Positions 9,607 to 20,184 are shown, counted from the first letter of the stretch. The stretch: 64,000 nt of DNA from Patescibacteria group bacterium (GCA_018819405.1 JAHJQF010000001.1:907377-971376); one strand, 5' to 3'. Notes: generated by a model not told the origin, from the sequence alone. Numbers and translations: made by a program.

Positions 9607-11589
9607 CTAATCTATTTTATCTAATAAAAGATCTACTATACCCTGATCATCTTCACCAGGTAAAAATCCTCTATCAACCGCCTTTTGGTAGTAATCATAG
9701 GCCAATTCTATATCTCCCAAAAATATATAAATTTTAGCTAAGTACCAATAGCCATAATAAAGCTCTGGATCATCATTAATAATTTTTTCCATTAAACTTT
9801 TAGCTTCATCAATTCTTTCCTCTTGTATTAAATAATTAAAATACAAAAAATTGAGTTCTTGTTTTTTGTCACTGACTTGACTAGCTCTAGCAAAAACCGA
9901 TTCTATTTTTTTTGTTCTGTCTTCAAAAATATTTAAAATAATATTTACCCGCAACAAAAATAAATAATCAAAAGTATTGTTTGGATTATAGTTTTGCAAA
10001 TTATTATCTACTCTTTCTTCTAAAGAATACAACAAACTTACATAGTCTTCTTTTTGCTCTGCACTGACGCTAGCTCCTATCCAATATTTTATATAGTCTC
10101 TAACTATCTCTCTATGCATTGGCCCCATGGAATCCAAACTATCTTCTGTCAGCTCCATGGCCTCTACAATATTTCGATACTGAATTAACACCCTGACTTT
10201 ATCATCAAGACGATTGGCTTGATAAGTTTTGATATTACCATAAAAAAGTGACCACAATGAAAATACTATTAGTAATAAAGCCAAAATATTTACTAACCAT
10301 ATCTTTGTCTGCGACATCTCTATCTCATTTTGTTTGTGACCATAGCTAGCATAAACTACAAAAGCCAAAGATAAAAATAACCAAAAATAAAAAGCTGGAT
10401 GTAAAAAGGAAAAAAATAATTGAGCTAGTATAGAAATTACCAAAGCCAAAAGTAAACTAAAAAATATTTTATATTGCGATTGCTTTATTTCTCTAATTAA
10501 CTTGATAATAGCTAAAACAAAAATAGATAAAAAAGAAGCAACACCCAAAATACCCAAGCCCACTAAAATATCCAAATAATAGTTATGAGCTGAATCAAAA
10601 AAAGTGTCCCCCCAACCACGACGCAAAAATTCTGCCTTGTAATGCAGATGAAAAGCTGTAGAAAAATTAGCAAAACCCCAACCCAGAGGTCTTTCCTTGA
10701 AAGATTCTAGAGCAATATCAGCTGCCAAAATACGATTAGAGACTGTTTCCCCAAGATTTTTTATATCTGAAAGATTATTTACAATGGGAATATTTTTTAT
10801 CAAAACATTTTCTGGTGAAAATATACCTCCCAAAACCAAAAATATGCCAATGATGATAATTCCCAAAAAGGAAAACTTAATCTGTTTGTTTTTGGCTATA
10901 AAGATATAAAACAAAGAAAACACAGCAAGCCCTAAAACCAAAGACAAAAATGGTCCTCTGCTACCTGAAACAAAAATACCCAATATTGATAAAAAGGCTA
11001 AGGCATAGGCGCTATATCTTTCCCATTTTATCTTGGTTAAAAAAGAAAACAAAATACTAAACCAAAATAAAAATAAAGAATATTCACCAAAATATATTGG
11101 ATTGCCTAGAGTACCAGAGACTCTAGATACTCCCAATGTTTGAGCTTCATAAAATCCTTTTAGTAGTACAAAAATAGAAACTACCAAAAGAGAACGCAAA
11201 AAGATGTACCAGTCTTTCTCACCAAATATAGTAATCAGTAAAATAGTAAAAATAAAATAATGCAGCAAGGAAAATAGGCCATCCATTCGCTCGTGACCAC
11301 CCCAAAAACTAAAATTCCAATCTACTCCAAAATAAGAGACTATTATAGCTAATAGTAAAAACAAAGAAGCACTAATAGTAAAAAAATTAAAGCACGGTAA
11401 ATATTCTTTGTATTTTAAAACTAAAATTAAATAAAAAATAAAAGCCAAATCTACTAAAACCCTAAAATAAATAACTTTTGTAAAGATAAAAGGAAAAATA
11501 ACTTTAGCATCCACTATCAAAGGCATCGCTAATATAGCAAATAGTAAAATTTTTATTAGCAAAAGAATTTTTTGCTTATTAAACATCAA
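9607..11589 (-). CDS. O-antigen ligase/Wzy-like membrane protein with C-terminal TPR (paralog)
   Basis: 660 aa. Same architecture (GSRGPFLSL loop, TPR tail). Confidence 0.6.
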   Translation of the reverse strand: MMFNKQKILLLIKILLFAILAMPLIVDAKVIFPFIFTKVIYFRVLVDLAFIFYLILVLKYKEYLPCFNFFTISASLFLLLAIIVSYFGVDWNFSFWGGHERMDGLFSLLHYFIFTILLITIFGEKDWYIFLRSLLVVSIFVLLKGFYEAQTLGVSRVSGTLGNPIYFGEYSLFLFWFSILFSFLTKIKWERYSAYALAFLSILGIFVSGSRGPFLSLVLGLAVFSLFYIFIAKNKQIKFSFLGIIIIGIFLVLGGIFSPENVLIKNIPIVNNLSDIKNLGETVSNRILAADIALESFKERPLGWGFANFSTAFHLHYKAEFLRRGWGDTFFDSAHNYYLDILVGLGILGVASFLSIFVLAIIKLIREIKQSQYKIFFSLLLALVISILAQLFFSFLHPAFYFWLFLSLAFVVYASYGHKQNEIEMSQTKIWLVNILALLLIVFSLWSLFYGNIKTYQANRLDDKVRVLIQYRNIVEAMELTEDSLDSMGPMHREIVRDYIKYWIGASVSAEQKEDYVSLLYSLEERVDNNLQNYNPNNTFDYLFLLRVNIILNIFEDRTKKIESVFARASQVSDKKQELNFLYFNYLIQEERIDEAKSLMEKIINDDPELYYGYWYLAKIYIFLGDIELAYDYYQKAVDRGFLPGEDDQGIVDLLLDKID

Positions 11590-11593
11590 AAAA

Positions 11594-12268
11594 TTATTTT
11601 AATTTATCTTCTAATTCATCTATAAATACTTGAAACTGTGGATAATTATCTACTAAACTTTCATAAATATCCAAAGCTCCTTGGTAATCACCCGTATCTT
11701 TTAAATAACCAGCCTTCAATTGTAATAATGGCGCTTTTTCTACAGCTCTGGCCAAGGCTCTGTCCAATAAACCAATTATCTCTTCTGGACTTTTATCCAA
11801 TTTATAACGATATAAATCAAATAATCTCTTATTGGTATCAAATTCTGCTGGGCTTATATCAAGGGCTCTCAAATATTGCTCTTCTGCCAAAGCATAATCC
11901 CCTAAAATCTCATAAATAAGGCCTATATTATTTATAGGCAAAATATTAGTGTCGCCTGCCAAATCTTCTGCCTTTTTATAAGCTTCTATGGCATATTGAT
12001 AATCCTGATTATCTTTGGTCACGTCTGCTATTGATTTCCAGGAAAAACCCATTTTGATAAAGTGCCCAATAGCCTCCTCTTCATTATATGAGGAGTTATT
12101 AAGTTCTTTTAGCTCTGCTATAGATTCTGTCGTCCTATCATCGCCTGATAACTCGATAATACGCTGCTCCCCTATAATTCCACTGTCTCTATCTCTGATT
12201 ATAAAAAATACCATTAATACAGCCACTATTAATACTAACAATATAAATCCTATTTTTTTCATACTCAT
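11594..12268 (-). CDS. TPR-repeat protein with N-terminal TM anchor
   Basis: 224 aa. N-terminal hydrophobic helix, TPR-like repeats. Confidence 0.45.
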   Translation of the reverse strand: MSMKKIGFILLVLIVAVLMVFFIIRDRDSGIIGEQRIIELSGDDRTTESIAELKELNNSSYNEEEAIGHFIKMGFSWKSIADVTKDNQDYQYAIEAYKKAEDLAGDTNILPINNIGLIYEILGDYALAEEQYLRALDISPAEFDTNKRLFDLYRYKLDKSPEEIIGLLDRALARAVEKAPLLQLKAGYLKDTGDYQGALDIYESLVDNYPQFQVFIDELEDKLK

Positions 12269-12279
12269 AATTAAATTAA

Positions 12280-14472
12280 TTATAATTTTATATTATTTTG
12301 TTCCAAAAAAGCTTTCGCTTCCTCTACTAAGCTTGGATCAATTTCCACTGCCTTATATATATATTCCACTACTTTATCTTCATTGCCAATGGCTACATAC
12401 ACAGCCGCCAACCTAGCATACCAATCCGCGCTATCTGGTTCACGCTGTATCAACAACTCATATAAAGGCACTATTTTTTCATATTCTTCAAGTTCAGCGT
12501 ATATGTCAATCAAAAACAATATATTATTTTTCTTACTTAGTTCAAAACCTAAATCAATGGCTTGTTCAAAAAAAAGTGCTGCCTGAGACAAATCATCCTT
12601 AGCAAATAAAACAGCTCCCAAGAGCCAGTGTGGTTCGGCCAACATATCATCCTGTTTTATCAAATCACGCAGTACATTCTCCGCTTCATCTATTCTCTGT
12701 AAAGATAATAAATATCTGGACTCAAGAAAAACTACATACTGATGATCATTATTAAAAGTTTTAGCCTTTTCTAAGTGCTCTAAAGCTTTTTCAAAATAAA
12801 TATTACCTGCTCCATATTCCCCTTTATCGCCATAAAGTCTAGCTAACCAAAAATTTATCAAATAATTATCCCCCAAACTATTATTTTTGTCTTCTAAAAC
12901 TAAAATTAAATCATCAGTTATTTCAGATAGATCTACTACAGATCTTAAGCTTCTATCAAATTTTAATAAGTCTACAGATACATGAATGGATTGCTCCCAA
13001 TCATAAGAACCTTTATACTCCAAAGCATTTTTTGCCTGGCTCTGCCATTTTACAATCTCACCAGTTTCCGCATAATTTCTGACGGCGAGTAAATTATTGG
13101 ACATTTTTAATGTGCTACAGCTCCAAAATAAGGACAATACTGCGAGGCATAGTAAGATTGCACCTAAAAAATTCTTATACACATTCTTCCTAAATTCTTT
13201 TTTCTCTCCTTGCCCATACTGTAATCCAGCTAAAAGAATAGTCAACCCCCATAAAGTATTTGATGTCTCCGCAACAAACATAGCTTGAATTATGTAAGCC
13301 ACACCAACTGATACCATCAGAATAAACAAAAATTTATTTTCCTTAAAAATAAGAGTATAAATTCTTTTGAATACCAATATTATAATAAACAAAACTGACA
13401 ACATTGCAAAGATACCACCAGAGACCATAACTTCTAAAAATTCGTTGTGGGGTATATCCCAAACAGTTTCTCCTAAGCCATAATCCAAAAAATCGGGGTT
13501 GTAAAATTTATCAAAAGTATGTTGAAAATTACTAAGCCCCCAACCCATAATAGGCCTATTCAAAAATCCCTGCCAAGCTATATCCCAAGCCATAAGTCGG
13601 GTATTGGCTCCTAAACTGTCTACTGATAAATTAAAAATTTGAGCTATAGTGGCTGGGAGATGCTGTCTGACCGTACTACCCCATGGAGAATAAAGATAAG
13701 CTACTATACTAACCATTATTAATAATGCCGCTATTCCTACCGTCTTTATCTTTTTATTTTTAAAAAGCAATATACAGCCAATAAATAAAAATAATAGCGC
13801 TACAAAAAAAGCTAATACAGCGCCTCTGGAACCAGAAGCAAAGATAGTCGGTACACTGAATATAAGATTCAAATAATAAAAGTATTGCCAATTTTTGGAA
13901 TATTTATCTTTGAATATAGCCAAACAAATTAATAAGATAAAACTCCACAAATAAGAAGCTAAGAATATAGAATTACCAAATATTCCATTTAAACGACTGT
14001 ATCCTCCAACTACTATGCCCTCAAACAAAGGGATCATAGGCCCCAACCAAGCAATGATAATAGATAAAAACCCAACCACTGCTATGATCCTGAAAATCCT
14101 AATCCAGTCTTGAATAACAAAAAATTGCCTGAGTAATAAATAATAAATATAAAAATGAATGAGTATTATAAATCCGTTTGCCCGAACCATGGTACCAAAA
14201 AATGCTCTTTCTACATCAAAAGCAAAAATACTCGACAATAAAAATATACCAAATAAAATAGAAATGGATATATCCAATCTATCAAATGATCTAATTTCTA
14301 ATTCCTTTCTTCTCAAAAAATCTATAACAACTAAAACCACAATAATATCAACTAAAATAACAAACAAAATCGTCTTGCCAAAATGCCAGGGCTGGAACGT
14401 AAAAGAAGTAAAAACAAGCGGCAAAATGGCCGGTATTAGAAGTAAATAGTTTCTTATTTTCTCTAAATTCAT
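12280..14472 (-). CDS. O-antigen ligase/Wzy-like membrane protein with C-terminal TPR (paralog)
   Basis: 730 aa. GSRGAVLAF loop. TPR tail. Confidence 0.6.
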   Translation of the reverse strand: MNLEKIRNYLLLIPAILPLVFTSFTFQPWHFGKTILFVILVDIIVVLVVIDFLRRKELEIRSFDRLDISISILFGIFLLSSIFAFDVERAFFGTMVRANGFIILIHFYIYYLLLRQFFVIQDWIRIFRIIAVVGFLSIIIAWLGPMIPLFEGIVVGGYSRLNGIFGNSIFLASYLWSFILLICLAIFKDKYSKNWQYFYYLNLIFSVPTIFASGSRGAVLAFFVALLFLFIGCILLFKNKKIKTVGIAALLIMVSIVAYLYSPWGSTVRQHLPATIAQIFNLSVDSLGANTRLMAWDIAWQGFLNRPIMGWGLSNFQHTFDKFYNPDFLDYGLGETVWDIPHNEFLEVMVSGGIFAMLSVLFIIILVFKRIYTLIFKENKFLFILMVSVGVAYIIQAMFVAETSNTLWGLTILLAGLQYGQGEKKEFRKNVYKNFLGAILLCLAVLSLFWSCSTLKMSNNLLAVRNYAETGEIVKWQSQAKNALEYKGSYDWEQSIHVSVDLLKFDRSLRSVVDLSEITDDLILVLEDKNNSLGDNYLINFWLARLYGDKGEYGAGNIYFEKALEHLEKAKTFNNDHQYVVFLESRYLLSLQRIDEAENVLRDLIKQDDMLAEPHWLLGAVLFAKDDLSQAALFFEQAIDLGFELSKKNNILFLIDIYAELEEYEKIVPLYELLIQREPDSADWYARLAAVYVAIGNEDKVVEYIYKAVEIDPSLVEEAKAFLEQNNIKL

Positions 14473-14504
14473 AACTATATAATAGCTTAAAATAAGACAA
14501 AAAT

Positions 14505-14540
14505 AAAGCCCCGCCCTCGTAAGAGGGCGGGGCTTTTATC
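14505..14540. terminator. bidirectional intrinsic terminator (AAAGCCCCGCCCTC gtaa GAGGGCGGGGCTTT)
   Basis: Perfect 14-bp stem with an A-run upstream and a T-run downstream. Follows the stop of the 1203-aa gene. Confidence 0.8.
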
Positions 14541-14571
14541 TAGCAACCTAGATACTAAAACTTGGCTAAAA

Positions 14572-17500
14572 TTAGTAAGTCAAAGTATAAGGTGTTAGAG
14601 GTAATGAATTGACAGTAGTGATTGAAGAAGTCACACCATCAGTCCATATAACATCGCCAGCTTCTAAACTAATAGACAAGCTATCAGTTGAAGCAGCGTC
14701 GTTGGTGTCTAAGGTTACCCAGAAGGTCTTAGAAGCACCAGCAGTAATCTCAACATCAATGAAAGTGCTAATGCCTGTATCACTAAAGTTTTGATTAGAT
14801 CCACCACCAAAATTGGTTGTAGCTAAAGCTGTAGTGGCTAGACTGTCTTTATAGATAGTCAAAGCTCGGGTAGTAGCAGCTGGGATTGAAATACCAGTCT
14901 GATCCATACCAACATTCATAGTCTCTATAGTGGCTGAATAAGCTCCTACGTTAGAACTATTTGTTACTACAAACTTGGCTACTGTTTTACCAGTACCACC
15001 TGTGCTTGCACCTGATGGAGAATCAGAGGCAAAGGTAGCTGTTAGTTTGGTTCTGTATACTGTCATTTGGTTAGTAGTGACATCAGCATCTGGAGAAGCT
15101 GAGAAGTCCAAAGTACCACCAGTTAACTCAGTACCAGAACCAACGCCGAAGGCTGTGACGCCCTCATTGCCACTACTGTAGTTGGCCAAAATAGCCAAAG
15201 TGTGTGTGGAAGCAGAAACCGCACCGTCGCTATATGGTGAAACGTCAGCTTTCACAGTAACTATAACAGTAGAAGAAACTGGGATATTGATATCCAAACT
15301 ACTAAATGTGGCATGAACATAAGTAGATGTAGCACTGGTAGTGTCTAACTGCACAGTATTACCAACCTGCTCACCACCAACATAAAGTTTTAGGTTCTTC
15401 AAAGTACCAGTAGCAGCATCAGAAACATTGTCGCTGATTACCAATTCAGTAATATTGACAGCTTCTGAAGCATCGGCGGTCAATCTAAACTTGGCTACTT
15501 CATAACCAGTAGCACCCATGACCAATTGCTGGGCAATGGCTGTATCTGGATCAGCAGTAATGGTCAAATTACCAGCAGCGGCAATATAACCATTTTGCAA
15601 ATTTGTATCAGTTGAATAGCTAGCATCAGCAGAGGTGTTAACACCAGTAGCTGTGATAGAATCCACTATGATGACTGGACTCAAAACTGTAGCCGAGTCT
15701 TGGACTGATGATTTAATGTCAGCATAAACATCAACTACATATTGTTCGCCAGAAGCGATTCTGACAGCTGGGCTTGGTGAGAATGAATATGAAGTGGCTG
15801 TACCACCGGCATTCAAATTACCAATGGTTGTACCCAATTGAGTGCTGCTATGCATCAACTTCAAGTTTTGGAAGTTGTCTCCCATTTGAGAAACAGCTGA
15901 AGCATCCAACATAGCAATTTGAGTGACATCAACAGCTTCACCAGAACCAGCGGTGATGGTGAATGAAGCAATCTTTGCTCCAGTAGCACCAGCTACACCA
16001 GTTGGATTGCTTGAGCTCTTGTCACCAAAGGCTGTATTTTCAGCTACAGAGACTGTACCTGATTTGACAGTCAATAGACGGCCAGCTTGAGCAGTGGTGC
16101 TCAAAGAAGTCAAAGTTGACTGACCAACAGCATTGGATGAACCAGCTTGCAAGTCGATCCTATAAGTATCATTTACGCCAACTGTAGAATCGCTGGTATC
16201 AGCTACTACAGTAACATATTTATACTCACCATTTGGTACTACAAAAGTATTACCAAAACTATAGGTGGTTGAATCAGTACCGTCATCGCACTTCAAAGTG
16301 GAGTCAGTAGTACCGATCTGTGAACCATCCAATAACAATTTTACATTGTCTAAATAACTAACAGCATCAGAACTATAACAATCAATTGTTAAGCTCTCAA
16401 CCTTTACATCCTCGCCAGCAGCATAAAAGCTGTATTTGGCAAGTGTAACTCCACTGGCAGCATCAGCAATGTTGCCTGATGGCGAGTCAGTGGCCAGACC
16501 AACAGTAATGGTTCCACTATCAATAGTGGTACCAGAACCTGTGGTTGGTTGTACTACACCAAAGGCAGTAATAGTGCCAGTGATTGTGAAGGTATTAAAT
16601 ACACCATATTCAGTGTCATAGACTGAAACGTCTGATGATTTCTGAATAGTGAATTTAAAGGTGCGACCAGCACCGCCCATCATATCACCACGTAAAATCA
16701 AAACTTTAGTTTGACCTGAAGTGATTGTTAATGGATCACCAGATAAGTCAAAGACAACTGAGTTGTCAGCGCCAATTTCAACTGTACTACCAACTTGAAC
16801 ACCAGCTACTTCTAACTTCAAATTTTGAATATCAGTAGAAGCAATAGTGCCCACCATAGTCATTCTGATGCGACTTATTTCCATATCCTGATCAGTAGCT
16901 GTCAAATTCATCCTCCAAAGCTCTCTATTGGCTTCGTCGGCTTTAACAGTTGTTGGATAAGTTTTATAAGATGTAGCATGTACATGACCTAGGTCAGCTA
17001 CAGCGGTTGTTTCCATGACATTACCTGTCAATGGAAAACTACCATTAATAGCACCACCGGCAGTAACTACATCTGAAGCGCTATTAAGACCAAAAGCAAT
17101 GGTTTTGCCAGCTACTACAGAAGTAGAGCCTCTGGCCAAATCACCCTTCAAAGTAATAACTTTACTTGAACCAGCAGGCACTGTAAATAGACCGGCTGAA
17201 TTACTGAAAGTAACTACTTTATCACTGAATGAAGTGTACTCAGCTAAACGAGTATCACCTTCATATAGATACAAAGTGCCTAAGTCAGCATCAGAAGCAA
17301 TTCCAGTACGAGTAAACTTAAGAGTGTTTACTTGTGAAGCTTCAGATCCAGCAGTAAATTTTACTGTTGTAAATGGAATTAAAGCTTGTGGATATTCATT
17401 GGCTGTACTATCAGATAAAATCTGACTAGCTCCTGGGGTGTTGTACAAAGCAACACTTACGTCACCACCAATAACTACTGGAGGTTGTGATGTTTCGCCT

Positions 17501-18183
17501 GGCATATAGCCTGACAAAGCGGCTTCTTCACCGGTGATAGATTCACCAGTTGAATAACCTGATACGCTTGATACTGTGACAGCATTGCTGTATACGAAGC
17601 CATTGGCTTCAAAAGCATCTCCGTCAGCAAATGGTCTGACCATTCCACCTTCTACATAATAGTAGTCACTGCCCATTTTGAGCAATGTACCATCTGGATA
17701 GGTGTTTGATAAGTCAGAACCTGAAGTGTAGCTTGATGAAAAGTAGCCTGGAATAGCATCCAAAACTCTTGTATACCAAGTTGCACCGTATAGTGTTTCA
17801 GCTACTTCAGCAGTTGGAATCCAGTGTAGTACTCCGCCTGGACTTACTGCGTAAATTTTAGCTGTATTAGAGTGGGTGATTAGTTTAGTACCTGGTCTAT
17901 AGGTAACAGCACCACCATCTTGATACATATCCAATTCTGAAACTGGAACTCTGACAACATCGTCAAAGTTTGCGTACCAAGTGTAGTATGTCTTCTGATC
18001 TGGGAAGACATATTTCATGCCGTCTGAACCAATGTAGTAAACAGCAGCACCTGAAACTCCTTCTAGAGCAAGCAGTGAGCCTGCTCCATAGTTACCTTCT
18101 GCCTTTACGGTTAATCCACCAAGGGACCATAGGACAGTGGTAACCACTAAAGAAAACACCAATAATTTTTTTACTAAGCTCAT
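14572..18183 (-). CDS. large secreted T/S/G/A-rich repetitive surface protein (adhesin/S-layer-like)
   Basis: 1203 aa. N-terminal signal peptide MSLVKKLLVFSLVVTTVLWSLGGLTVKA. Low-complexity beta-rich repeats. Good SD (AAAAGGAG) upstream. Confidence 0.6.
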   Translation of the reverse strand: MSLVKKLLVFSLVVTTVLWSLGGLTVKAEGNYGAGSLLALEGVSGAAVYYIGSDGMKYVFPDQKTYYTWYANFDDVVRVPVSELDMYQDGGAVTYRPGTKLITHSNTAKIYAVSPGGVLHWIPTAEVAETLYGATWYTRVLDAIPGYFSSSYTSGSDLSNTYPDGTLLKMGSDYYYVEGGMVRPFADGDAFEANGFVYSNAVTVSSVSGYSTGESITGEEAALSGYMPGETSQPPVVIGGDVSVALYNTPGASQILSDSTANEYPQALIPFTTVKFTAGSEASQVNTLKFTRTGIASDADLGTLYLYEGDTRLAEYTSFSDKVVTFSNSAGLFTVPAGSSKVITLKGDLARGSTSVVAGKTIAFGLNSASDVVTAGGAINGSFPLTGNVMETTAVADLGHVHATSYKTYPTTVKADEANRELWRMNLTATDQDMEISRIRMTMVGTIASTDIQNLKLEVAGVQVGSTVEIGADNSVVFDLSGDPLTITSGQTKVLILRGDMMGGAGRTFKFTIQKSSDVSVYDTEYGVFNTFTITGTITAFGVVQPTTGSGTTIDSGTITVGLATDSPSGNIADAASGVTLAKYSFYAAGEDVKVESLTIDCYSSDAVSYLDNVKLLLDGSQIGTTDSTLKCDDGTDSTTYSFGNTFVVPNGEYKYVTVVADTSDSTVGVNDTYRIDLQAGSSNAVGQSTLTSLSTTAQAGRLLTVKSGTVSVAENTAFGDKSSSNPTGVAGATGAKIASFTITAGSGEAVDVTQIAMLDASAVSQMGDNFQNLKLMHSSTQLGTTIGNLNAGGTATSYSFSPSPAVRIASGEQYVVDVYADIKSSVQDSATVLSPVIIVDSITATGVNTSADASYSTDTNLQNGYIAAAGNLTITADPDTAIAQQLVMGATGYEVAKFRLTADASEAVNITELVISDNVSDAATGTLKNLKLYVGGEQVGNTVQLDTTSATSTYVHATFSSLDINIPVSSTVIVTVKADVSPYSDGAVSASTHTLAILANYSSGNEGVTAFGVGSGTELTGGTLDFSASPDADVTTNQMTVYRTKLTATFASDSPSGASTGGTGKTVAKFVVTNSSNVGAYSATIETMNVGMDQTGISIPAATTRALTIYKDSLATTALATTNFGGGSNQNFSDTGISTFIDVEITAGASKTFWVTLDTNDAASTDSLSISLEAGDVIWTDGVTSSITTVNSLPLTPYTLTY

Positions 18184-18387
18184 TTGTTTTCTCCTTTTAA
18201 AAGTTCTCTAGATACCATCTTAACCGTTGAATTATAGACACCCTCTGTACGCGATATATCAGCGGGCTAAAACCATTGACTTTAGCGCCCACGGCATGTG
18301 CCATGCCGACCTTTCTGGTCAACTAAAGTAATAGGCCTACAAATCAAACTGGAAAAAATAAATTATCTAGGAACACTAATTAAATTT

Positions 18388-18414
18388 CCCAATAAGCGTA
18401 CGTACGCTTATGGG
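18388..18414. promoter_or_regulatory. near-perfect 26/27-bp palindrome CCCAATAAGCGTACGTACGCTTATGGG in the 5' region of the surface-protein gene
   Basis: Read directly. Candidate operator or RNA hairpin. Confidence 0.4.
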
Positions 18415-18598
18415 ATACAAACCCTAATTCGCGCGCGATTAGCGATAAGTTAGGGATATCAAACTTCTGTTTTAAAAAATCTGATACCCACAACCTATCG
18501 CGACGCGTCCTACGTGGACACAGGCAAATATAGGGTTTATGTAAGTTATTTAGCTCGGACTCGACTAAGCCTAAGCTTTGTTAATTATTAATATTGAA

Positions 18599-19972
18599 TT
18601 AGTAAAGTTCGTTATCAGTCACAGCCTGTTTGGGATCCAAAAGTGGATCTACCTTTATAGCCGAGGCTTGCAAATCAGTATTTATCTCCGGAGTTTGAGG
18701 CACATCATCTGATTTGGTTTCAGTCTCTGAGTCATTTTCATCTGTACTAGATGTGTTGTCATCACTTGTTTCAAGTAAATCTGCTCCCAAGATATTATTA
18801 TTATTTATGGCATCCTCAATTTCTTTTAATACCACTTCTGCTCTTTGATATTCTTCTTTTATTTGAGCAATCATTTCATAAGCATTGCGCAAAAATCCAT
18901 CTTCTAGCAAAGCTTTGGCCTCATCAAGTATCAAAGCTACTTCTTCTGAATTATTAATATCTAGCCTTTCCAGCTCACCACTAGCTTGATTGACAGCCAT
19001 ATTTTCTTTTTTCAAAGTGGAGCCATCTTCAGCTCCGGCTACCTCAGCCATTTGCTTTACAGTATCAACTTCTTGGCTAGTTTCATCTATTTCTGAAGCA
19101 ATTATTCCTTTGACTAAATTTTTGACTGATTCAGCATCTTTTTCACTGGTAGTATTATGATTGGTGTTGCCAACAAATTCACTGGTAGTAGTCTCATTGT
19201 TTATATTATTTTCAACATCAGTCTTGTCCTGCTCAGCATGACTAGCGGCCAATACTTCTTCGTGAACTTCCAGAGCTAGAGCAACCGCTTTGTCTTTGGA
19301 CACCTTATTGGCTGCTTGTGCACTATTGAGAGCATCGGAAATATTTTGGTCAGCTGAGGCAACTTCTTTTTTCTTTTTTAGATTGTTATCAACTTCTTTA
19401 CTAGCATCAGTGACTTTTTTTACCAATTCCACTACTTCTAGAGGTTTTTTTTCTTCTTTGGCTATTTTTAGTGAGCTATCAACTGCTACCACATCTTTGG
19501 TAAAATGAATCACAGCTTGTTTGATAGCTTTTTCTTGTTTTTCTGGAGTGCTATTTTCAGAGCCCAATATTTTATCAATTTCATTCAAACGCTCATTAAT
19601 ATGTTTGATATAGATTTCAGTTTCTTTGATTGGACTAAAAGTCAAAGTAATTTCGGCTTTTTCTATAGATCTCTTGATTGGCCAAAAAGCCTGACCTGGC
19701 ACAGAAGCCTGAGCAGTGTAGCTAACACCTGTACCCATCACTATGATCAAAAAAACCGCTACCGCTCTACTAAAAGAAGGAGCCAACTTATTTAAAAGTC
19801 TGGAAGCAAACAAATCCAGCTTTTCCTTGCGGTCCAGCTTTTGTGCCTGCATCAGTCTGTTTTGAGAAGCTATTTCTGACAACAGATCAAATTTGGTTGT
19901 GGACTCCCATCTCTTATCCGGTTGAATGGACTTGAGATTTCTAATGTGGGAGATTTTTTTAGTTAAACTCAT
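18599..19972 (-). CDS. membrane-anchored putative anti-sigma factor (DUF5667-like), acidic C-terminal tail
   Basis: 457 aa. Cytoplasmic N-terminus, single TM (AVAVFLIIVMGTGV), then a periplasmic domain. Sits immediately downstream of the ECF sigma gene. Confidence 0.4.
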   Translation of the reverse strand: MSLTKKISHIRNLKSIQPDKRWESTTKFDLLSEIASQNRLMQAQKLDRKEKLDLFASRLLNKLAPSFSRAVAVFLIIVMGTGVSYTAQASVPGQAFWPIKRSIEKAEITLTFSPIKETEIYIKHINERLNEIDKILGSENSTPEKQEKAIKQAVIHFTKDVVAVDSSLKIAKEEKKPLEVVELVKKVTDASKEVDNNLKKKKEVASADQNISDALNSAQAANKVSKDKAVALALEVHEEVLAASHAEQDKTDVENNINNETTTSEFVGNTNHNTTSEKDAESVKNLVKGIIASEIDETSQEVDTVKQMAEVAGAEDGSTLKKENMAVNQASGELERLDINNSEEVALILDEAKALLEDGFLRNAYEMIAQIKEEYQRAEVVLKEIEDAINNNNILGADLLETSDDNTSSTDENDSETETKSDDVPQTPEINTDLQASAIKVDPLLDPKQAVTDNELY

Positions 19973-19980
19973 AGTTTTTA

Positions 19981-20184
19981 TGCGCGATTATTTTATTCAC
20001 TCCTTGTCATTCCGGACTCGCTCCGGAATCTACAAACTTTTAGTTTCCCGCTTGCGCGAGAATGACGAGAAGAGGTTAGCGATTATTTTATGCACTCCTT
20101 GTCATTCCGGACTCGCTCCGGAATCTACAAACTTTTAGTTTCCCGCTTGCGCGAGAATGACGAGAAGAGGTTAGCGATTATTTT
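19981..20184. repeat. about 2.2 tandem copies of a 95-bp structured repeat (CACTCCTTGTCATTCCGGACTCGCTCCGGAATCTACAAACTTTTAGTTTCCCGCTTGCGCGAGAATGACGAGAAGAGGTTAGCGATTATTTT)
   Basis: Exact 95-bp period (19998 and 20093). Internal hairpins. Family member of the element at 3679-3767. Overlaps the last 4 codons of the sigma gene. Confidence 0.85.
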
